Part shown: positions 54,875-64,000 of the stretch, piece by piece | Layout of the letters: each line of letters begins with the position of its first letter | How positions within the stretch are numbered: the stretch's first letter is position 1 | Origin: Octopus vulgaris | Taxonomy: Eukaryota | NCBI GenBank assembly: GCA_951406725.2 | Contig: OX597819.1 | Location: forward strand, 80,290,001 to 80,354,000 | Direction: 5' to 3' | DNA: 64,000 nt | Program-made: the position numbers and the translations under genes | The notes under the pieces: model-generated | The model's database searches: none | What the model saw: the letters and a program-made list of their open reading frames with translations, nothing else | Told to the model about the DNA's origin: nothing

Positions 54875-55358
54875 ATTAACGGTAAGTGATTGAATTCGTA
54901 TATTTGCCACTCCGGTTTTGTGTATGTGAGCCGTAAGGGCCTTCGTTTTTGGATTCTCCACTTATAGAAATTGGAAAAACGGTCTTTGACTGCCATTTCT
55001 AATTCCTTCGGTATGAGGTGAAAGAGCCTGCTGTTAGCCTTCTTATTTTTTCTTTACTATATACTGAACCTTACAAAGGTCTTGACAATTAATTTGTCGT
55101 ATTTACATACCGAAATTTACCGGTAAATAATTGTTGGTTACATGATAAACCACAGGAAAATTATTTACCATTTTTATTGAATTACCATGTGGATTCCTCA
55201 TTCCATTACGATTACCCAGAAGCGCGCATAGCAGAATTTTGGAGGGAAAATTTACGTTCCCAGTCGCCACTTAGTTTTAACATCTGCACTTTTCCCCCAC
55301 TATCTGATGTCGCTGGGTCAGAAGTGAGGGCTAGTGGCATTTAGTAAAACTATCGAAT

Positions 55359-55423
55359 ATAGCGCCGATGACGGAATTCAAACTGTTTTCCACGTTTGCG
55401 ATCCAGAAACATATGTCCGCTAT
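55359..55423 (+). ncRNA. Type I hammerhead motif, copy 2
   Basis: ATAGCG-CCGATGA-[stem II]-GAAAC-ATAT-GTC-CGCTAT. 6-bp stem I and palindromic ACATATGT stem III. Confidence 0.72.
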
Positions 55424-55658
55424 TAACGGTAAGTGATTGAATTCGTATATTTGCCACTCCGGTTTTGTGTATGTGAGCCGTAAGGGCCTTCGTTTTTGGA
55501 TTCTCCACTTATAGAAATTGGAAAAACGGTCTTTGACTGCCATTTCTAATTCCTTCGGTATGAGGTGAAACAGCCTGCTGTTAGCCTTCTTATTTTTTTC
55601 TTTACTATATATATGTATATATATATATATGTAAATATATATATACATATATATTTAC

Positions 55659-55711
<53 letters not shown>

Positions 55712-57081
55712 ACAGACACACACACACACGCACATATATATATATATCGATAGATGGAGAGATAGATTTACATACAAATATACTCGCATATATGCGTGCT
55801 AGGCTGCTTATTCTTATGATTTAATTCCATTACTCTCTCAATTACTTACACTGACTCCCAAACTCTCAAATATTTCCTTCTCTTCCTTTCTGTCTAAGTA
55901 TAAAATAACCTCTAAAATTGTCTTTCTAGCAAAATTTGCTTCCACCTTTTTTTATCTATTCTCCAAGTTTGCTCTCGACAAGTACACATTTTCAATATGG
56001 TACATGAATTTGTTTCCCTCTTTTACAATTGCTATCAATCCTTGGTTTCGTTCAGTTATTCTCTATACTGCTGTTAGTATATTAAACTAGTTCTCTGGGG
56101 CCTCCGCCCTATTTTAGTAGAATTCTCTTCGATTGATGATCTCTTATTCCTTCGATCTCTACTTCTCTCACTGCTTCTTCTATCCCTCTTTACATTTTCA
56201 CTGCCTGCATGCTTGACTTCCTGTCTCGATAGTTGGCTGATTTGCTGGTCATTTCCTTCTTTCTTCACTCCCACCTATGTCAGATTATCATCAATTTTTA
56301 TATTTAATGCATTTCTTTTTATATTTTCCTGTTTCCCCCTCCTCTCTCAGCACAGCCACTGCTTTCTCTTTGAATATCCTAACAGAGCGCAGAGTAAAAA
56401 CAATCAACAATATAGGGATATTAGCTATGGCGTTGGGTTTAATAAGCAATATATGTGTGGGTGTATCCACGTCTGGTGTGCGTGCGGGTATGTGTGCATG
56501 TGTGTACGTGTGTCGGTTTGCTTCCGCAAACAGAATAGATTAGAACTCAAACGTAAGTAAATATATTTTTCTCTTATTTTTTATAGGTAGAAAATACAAA
56601 GTGACTCAAAAACTGAGAATTTCGCGAGTGGCACTTATCAGGAGGGAGAGAGAGAGGGAGAGAGAAATCAACAAAACACAAATTGGTTTTAGGTTTCAAG
56701 TTAAATACCATATTGTAGATAAGTTCTTGATATGTACAGGGTAGTTGGATGAACGAAAGGGTAACAGTTGACATAGCATGATATACGCCAATGAAATCCG
56801 TTCATAAGTTCAGTATACAAGGGAGGGCAGGAGATGATAATAGGTTGGGATACGAGTAAACCTAATCCTAGATATAATAATCTTTATTACTTTCGGGAAG
56901 AAATTTGTAAATACCACCTCATTAGGGATGGTATGTGATATAGAAATACCATAAGATTTAGACTAAGAGAATCTAATAAATAGCCAAATCTGAAAGATTG
57001 CGCGTATGTAAATGCGATTATAGATTGTAGACTGATATGTGTATGAGTGCAAATATGTGTGCTTGTGCGCAAATAAATCTA

Positions 57082-57156
<75 letters not shown>

Positions 57157-57416
57157 CCAAAGTGTACGTACGCCGTTATATGTATATAAAAATGAATAGT
57201 CTAGGTGTGTGTGTATGATGTATGTATGTGTATATGTATATATATGTGTGTGCGTATACACACAAGAACACACACGTTTATCCATATGTAAGTATGTGTG
57301 CGTGCACGTACATAATATTTATGCTTGTGTTTGTTTACAAAAACATAAATGCATGCAATAAATATACGTGAATACGTGTTTGTATACATATGTATGTATA
57401 TATGTATTTATGTATG

Positions 57417-57450
<34 letters not shown>

Positions 57451-58069
57451 TGTATGATTTTGCATGTGCATAAGAACGTTATCTTATAGTCACAAAATGT
57501 ATACAAACACAATAACTCGTACATATAGAAAAAAATAAGCATATAAATATATATTTATGTGTAAATATATATTTATATAATAAATATATATTTATATATA
57601 TATATATATACGTACGTATGTTATATGCAGCATGTATTATTAGATATACACACTTATGTGTGTGTGTGAGTGAGTGATATCCTAATATATATGTAATGGG
57701 CATTATGTACGTGGACATAGAGATTTCTGTTTAACTTATGTGTACGCATTTAATTATTTATCTAAACACTCACAAACGCATAACAATGTAAATGCTTATT
57801 TTACATGTTTGGTTTGTATTCATTCACAAAGCATTGTTTGTCTGTCTATATCAAATACACACACACGGAGAGAGGGAGGGCCGAAAGAGGAAGTGAAGGA
57901 TAGACAGTTATAGATATACATATGTATACGTAGATATAGTAAATAGATGCACATACGCAGGATTGTATAAACACACGTATGTGTATATCCTTATACACAC
58001 AATTATATGTATATAAATATACATTCATATAAGCACACACTCAAATACATACGCACACACACACATATA

Positions 58070-58178
<109 letters not shown>

Positions 58179-58205
58179 ATGTATATATATATATATGTAT
58201 GTATA

Positions 58206-58250
<45 letters not shown>

Positions 58251-58251
<1 letters not shown>

Positions 58252-58374
58252 TTATTTTATAGAAGGAGCTTCTACAGGACTAGAACTGTTTCATTCAAAA
58301 GAAATCATCAGGACTGATGATTTCTTTTGAATGAAACAGTTCTAGTCCTGTAGAAGCTCCTTCTATAAAATAAA
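58251..58374. repeat. Perfect palindrome (61-bp arms, 2-nt spacer) centred on a hammerhead-like core
   Basis: 58251-58311 is the reverse complement of 58314-58374. The right arm begins CTGATGA-TTTCTTTTGAAT-GAAAC. The element is flanked by (TA)n and extends to about 58443. Confidence 0.9.
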
Positions 58375-58440
58375 TTAATTTACTCTGCTATGTATTGAGT
58401 ACCTTATTTACTGTGGTTAACCCCGACTCAAACCGGGACC

Positions 58441-58482
<42 letters not shown>

Positions 58483-58824
58483 TTAAAAATTCAAGATTTG
58501 GTAGACGGAAACTGAAAGAAGCCCATCGTATGTATATACGTGTGTGTGTGTGTGTGTTTTTACGACCCTGTAACGTAGCGGTTCAGCAGAAGAATCGAAA
58601 GAATAAGTACCGAGCTTGAAAAATAAGTACTGGTGTCGATTCCTTCGATTAAAAATTCAAGGTGGTGCCTCAGCATGGCCGCAGTCTAATGATCAAAACA
58701 GCTAAAAGATAAAAGATAAAAGATAAAAGCTATACGGTTCTAGGTTCAATCACACTGCGTGGCACCTTGGGCAAATATTTTCTACTATAACATTGGGCCG
58801 ACCAAAGACCGACTGTCATATATA

Positions 58825-58855
<31 letters not shown>

Positions 58856-58875
58856 AAACATATACATACATACAG

Positions 58876-58989
<114 letters not shown>

Positions 58990-59368
58990 GCGCATATATA
59001 TATGTATATATATATATTTATATATATATATATATACACACACAAACATGTTTACACGGATATTTACGGTCACACGCACATCTCTATATAACAATGGATG
59101 CATACAAATCTGTGTGTGTCCGTTTAAGTTTACCACGTTCCATTTATGCGTATGTTTGAGGCAATAAAACCGGAAGGAATGAGATAACGTGATTATATCA
59201 AGCATACGATACTCTATCATATCTCACAGTACTGTGCTATATCATATATCACACAAACACAGCGTATTCAATGACCTTATGTGCATATAAACGGGGAACC
59301 ACATACCCCCTGATGTATATCACTGATGCCCATAGTTTATATTCCACTAGTGAATATCACCAGTGTTG

Positions 59369-59399
<31 letters not shown>

Positions 59400-59852
59400 C
59401 GGTGGTGGTGGTGGTGGTGCTGCTGCTGCTGATAGTGAGAGTTATGGAGGGATTGGTAGTTCTCTTTTGTTGATGTTTCATTTTTTTAGTTTGTATTTCT
59501 TCTTGAAATATTATTAATCTAATTGTTTTCATATCCGATTTGAAGAGATGTTCGAAGGAGGAGGTGGAAAAGAAAGAGAGAGCGAGGGGGTAGTGGAGAA
59601 GATATATGTGTAAGGGAGGATGGGTAGAGGAAGGAGGACGTGATGCTGCTGATGGTAGTCGTGGAAGGTGGTAGCAGTGACGATGGTGAAGAAAAAAATT
59701 GTAATAACTAGGATTTCTACATTAGACCAACACCAATACACTCGTTCAGACAGACAGACACATACTCACAGGCACACGCGCATACATACCCATACACACA
59801 TACATACATACATACATACATACATACATACATACATACATACATACATACA

Positions 59853-59936
<84 letters not shown>

Positions 59937-60813
59937 CATAACATATGTGTATGCATGTTTCTGTTTCTGAGAGCAAGTGTGTACACATAAATGCATGTAG
60001 TTAGATAGATATAGACAACTTTATACATATATCAAATTATATTTATATAGATACATCATATACACGCACATATACATATACGTAAACGCTAAATTAAGGC
60101 TGTTATTCTAAAGCAGGTTTAAGAAAAACAACAGAATATTTACTGATGGGGAGACTCATATTTATTACAGATACAAATTTATCATACACAGACACAGACA
60201 CAAACCTTATACATATACAGTAAATTATGTTCCGTGGCCAAAGACAGAATACTCAGTACAACTGTCGGCAGTCAGGCCAAGAAAGAAAGGTCATGGCTGG
60301 CCGGACACCGGTCACGTGGAAGGAGGAGAGATGTGTAGGGGGAAGCGGGATTGAAGGATTAGAAAAAGAATCAGAGACCAAAAAAAAAGGTACAGGGGAG
60401 ATAAATGAGTGGGAAATAGTGGAAGTTAAAGAAAGAGAGGGCCAAGAAATGTGACTGGGAGGGGCGAGAAAAAGGAAGAAAAGTGAGTGGGGGAATAAAA
60501 GAGAGAGTAGAGTCGTACAAAAATTATAGCGTGAGGACAAGGGTGTACGTACGCCGCTACATATATATACATATATATGAATGGAACAAAACACAATTGA
60601 GGGCATTAAAACGTTCGGACAGATAGACGATACAAAGGCCGACAAGAGAAACGACAATTAGAAAGACAGGCAAAACAGACGGGTCATTCGTGCCCTTCTT
60701 TCTTCAGTCAAGTACCAGAAGTGATTACCATTTCGGGCAGTTACACTTTAGATGGTTTGATATATGTATAAATATAAAAATGGAAGAAAAGCGCAATAAG
60801 GGGCATGACGGCA

Positions 60814-60995
60814 CATACTGAACGTATACCGTATGTGTGTTTGCCGATAATCTTCGATATGGTGTGGTAGAAAAAACGCCCTCAAAGCACTGGTTGTTCT
60901 AACACCCGGCGCTCGGAGGCGCTTTAAGGGAGTATTCTCTATCACGCCATATCGCAGCTTATCGGCAAACGGTCATACGGTATGCGTTAAATATG
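60814..60995. repeat. Imperfect foldback (~75-bp arms), MITE-like
   Basis: AACGTATACCGTATG..GTTTGCCGATAA...CGATATGGTGTGGTAGA pairs with TCTATCACGCCATATCG...TTATCGGCAAAC...CATACGGTATGCGTT. Confidence 0.8.
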
Positions 60996-61419
60996 AGTGG
61001 TTGATAATGTTTATTATATCAGAGTTGAATGTATATACTGGAAAATTTGGGGAAATATTTGACCTTGTCTCAAGGTTTGAGACAAAGAGAACTATGAACT
61101 AAAGAATCATACGACATTTGTATTCTTATCTTTGGTCGTGATAGCACCTAAAACATAATTGTAATACGGACTCGCATTGTTAGATGAGTCCTTTATATAT
61201 ATATATATATGCGTGTGTGTGTGTGTGTGTGTATTTAGCAAGCCCTTATTATAATACGGCTTTCACTGTTAGGAGATTTAGGCATCATATCACCCTTGCT
61301 CCAACAATCCATTTCTAATACTAAGCGGAGGCTCCGTAAGATTATGTGGTTAGCAACCCTCTTAAATGTTAAGTCAGATAATTACCCTAATTTATCTAAT
61401 TCTGATTGATAAATATTAT

Positions 61420-62200
61420 CCCATTAAAGATTCTTATAGAAACTGTTCTGAAGGAACTGTTTAAATTTGAGTTACGATATATCCCCAGACATGAAATATA
61501 TTATAATTACAAACTAACCAACTAAATTAACAGAAGCTAAGTGCAATTACAGAAACATCAATACATTCCCAGTCGGCTAGTTGTATGCACAGGCAATAAT
61601 GTATGAAGCAAAAGTCTGTTCCATTAAACTGAGCTATACCACATAGTGTAAACACTACATTGGTATGCTGGAAAGTAGTTTTAGCTGAACTACACATCAT
61701 TGTCATATATATAGAGAAAATACAGCATTATCGGATTACATCTGGCATTATAAGGAGAATGATACTCACATTCGGAAATCTCGAAGAGAAGCAGATCATA
61801 CTGTTAGGCGTTCAACTTTTCTACTTTTGAGAAGAGGCTCTTCTTGAACAATATCAACAATTCTCTTAATTATTTAAGCATATGATCGGATTTTCTTTAC
61901 AAATGACACCATTTCATCATGAATAAGTTAACATTTTGGATATTCACATTAGTTCAGGATTAAAATGATTTACATTGAATTATCATACACTCCCTACATA
62001 TTTAATTGGTCTATCATGTATTTCTTCCGCAATATTAAAAATTACATCATTACACTTTTCAGAACACCGCTAATTTCCCTGACGATTTAAGGATAATCTC
62101 AGAAACTCGTCTGAGCCGTTTTACAGATGCCTTTTGTTTTTATTACATTTCGTAATTGTTATGAAATCTAAAATAAATACTTAGTTTTAAAATTTTCATA
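61420..62200 (+). mobile_element. Highly degenerate Penelope-like GIY-YIG remnant with downstream hammerhead-like motif
   Basis: MYEAKV...KHYIGMLESSF text (GIY-YIG-like), then CTGACGA-TTTAAGGATAATCTCA-GAAAC-TC-GTC at 62079-62111. Confidence 0.55.
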
Positions 62201-63429
62201 AGAATTATTCCCCTTGTAATATCTTAGAGTTACGGCATATAACAGGAAACAATTGCTATTTCTCACAAGATTAATGTGCTAGAATACCTTCGTGAAAGGT
62301 CGTCGTTCTAATATTGTCCGATAAAATTAGTAGAAATGCTGTCCCATGTTATATATATTGACTATACAAGAAGTTCTGACATTGACAAATACCGAGGCCA
62401 CACACATACCAATAGTATGTAAGTGTAATGTTTTTTACTTCTTTCGTTTTATCAATGAGAAGACAAATTACTGTATGCATCAACGTAATTCTTCTTTCTT
62501 CGCCTATTTTATTAAACATAGCAATTTTCTCGTCCTCTTTTCAAACATCACATCACTTTCAGTGAAAAAGACGGGAGAATAATAATGTGTGTGTATGTGT
62601 GTGTGTGTGTTTCTGGGAGTATGGATATATTCGTGCATACTCGTTAGTGTGCATGTATGTATGCATGTATTCGTACATGCATATATGTATGTGTGCATAT
62701 ATACAGGCATGTATGTTTTTATAAAGGTTTATATGTATGTATACTTGTATGTATCATGTATATATGTATACATATCAGAGCATTTCATCTCAATAGCGAA
62801 CCTGAATGAATATTTATTAAATGTGCACATGTTGACATTTAACATATAATTTATCCAGTCACAGTCTCAGTAGTAAAGTTCTTCTATTTGATACTCGCTG
62901 CTGACGACATACATTGATATGTAAATGAATATCAACGTCTGTTTCTCATAAAATATTGTATAAGTAGCTCTTAGCTGCTTCACCTTTTTTCTGTAGAACA
63001 GATACGAGTCGATACTCCTTAAGAGTGGGCAATAAGCAGTAGAAACTACACAGGCACGCTCAGGTTTCTCTTGCAGATAGAGGGCTATGGTTTTGCTATT
63101 TGATATGTATGCACATATGTATGTCTGTGTGTATATACACACCATGGATCCACGTTATCTAAGAAACGTTTCATATTCGATCTTGGCACCATGACACCGA
63201 CAAGTTTAAAAAAACAAAACAATATTCCTTCTACTCCTAGACCTCCTTTTCCTCCCCTCTCTCCACATATTTTCCCTTCATCTCATTGGTCACTCTGACT
63301 GCTTTTCCTCATTTCATTACTTTTTCCTCTCCCTTAGCGCTCTGTTTCTCTTACCATTCTTTGTTCACGTATGAAGCGCACGTAGTCTTACGTTCCTACT
63401 CAATTGCAGCCATATATATATGTTTAACA

Positions 63430-63568
63430 GAAGCTTGCTTCCGAACCACATGGTTCCGGGTTCAGTCCCACTGCGTGGCAACTTGGCCAAGTGTCTTCTA
63501 CTTTAGTCTCGGGCCGACTAAAGCCTTGCAAGTGGATTTGGTAGACGGAAACTGAAAGAAGCACGTCG

Positions 63569-63600
<32 letters not shown>
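63430..63600 (+). mobile_element. SINE family A 5' half
   Basis: ACCACATGGTTCCGGGTTCAGTCCCACTGCGTGGCAACTTGGCCAAGTG...GGATTTGGTAGACGGAAACTGAAAGAAGC. Confidence 0.8.
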
Positions 63601-63601
<1 letters not shown>

Positions 63602-63612
63602 AATTATGTATG

Positions 63613-63646
<34 letters not shown>

Positions 63647-63844
63647 TGTATCTATCTATCTAACAATCTATGTATCTATGTATGTGTATATGCTTGTCAC
63701 GGAATATTTATACATGCATATAGATAGTAATAGACACTTACATAAATGTCAGTGGCACCAATATTGATAGTATAACATATACATACATACATAAATACAT
63801 ACATAGATACATATGTATATATATACATATATACATACATATAC

Positions 63845-63920
<76 letters not shown>

Positions 63921-64000
63921 TTACATGATTTAGTGCAGCTATAGAATGAATACTTGTATGATATACGCCATTTTTTTTTATTTATTATTTTATATTTAAT

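Larger units (their letters stand above)
54763..55610 (+). mobile_element. Non-autonomous retrozyme-like / Penelope-like element: inverted 5' segment plus two 250-bp direct repeats, each starting with a hammerhead motif
   Basis: Direct repeats 54814-55063 and 55361-55610 are nearly identical. 54763-54814 is the reverse complement of the repeat's 3' end. (TA)n on both flanks. No coding capacity. Confidence 0.85.

Noticed and set aside
54802-54996. Duplicated minus-strand ORF MAVKDRFSNFYKW...
   Set aside because: It is an antisense reading of the non-coding direct repeat with no recognisable domain.

Overview
AT-rich, microsatellite-saturated animal DNA. The SINE types and simple-repeat density suggest an octopus (coleoid cephalopod); this is an inference from repeat recognition. 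I found no convincing host protein-coding exon, rRNA, tRNA gene or CRISPR array, and most ORF-track entries are translations of (TA)n, (TACA)n, (TTA)n, (CAT)n or (GAA)n tracts. The non-simple DNA is mostly mobile-element debris: tRNA-derived SINEs, R4/Dong-type and HERO-type restriction-like-endonuclease LINE fragments, a complete but dead mariner, mariner/pogo MITEs and several Penelope-like (GIY-YIG) remnants. The most interesting layer is a dense set of hammerhead-ribozyme-like motifs in (TA)n-embedded elements. The best example is a non-coding element at 54763-55610 with two hammerhead motifs 547 nt apart in 250-bp direct repeats plus an inverted 5' segment (retrozyme-like or non-autonomous Penelope-like), with a diverged relative at about 41500-41905. 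Others are near-perfect palindromes at 3041-3425 and 58251-58374 and a recurring permuted GAAA...CTGANGA motif in four related non-coding elements. All alignments and folds were done by eye, and ribozyme activity is untested.
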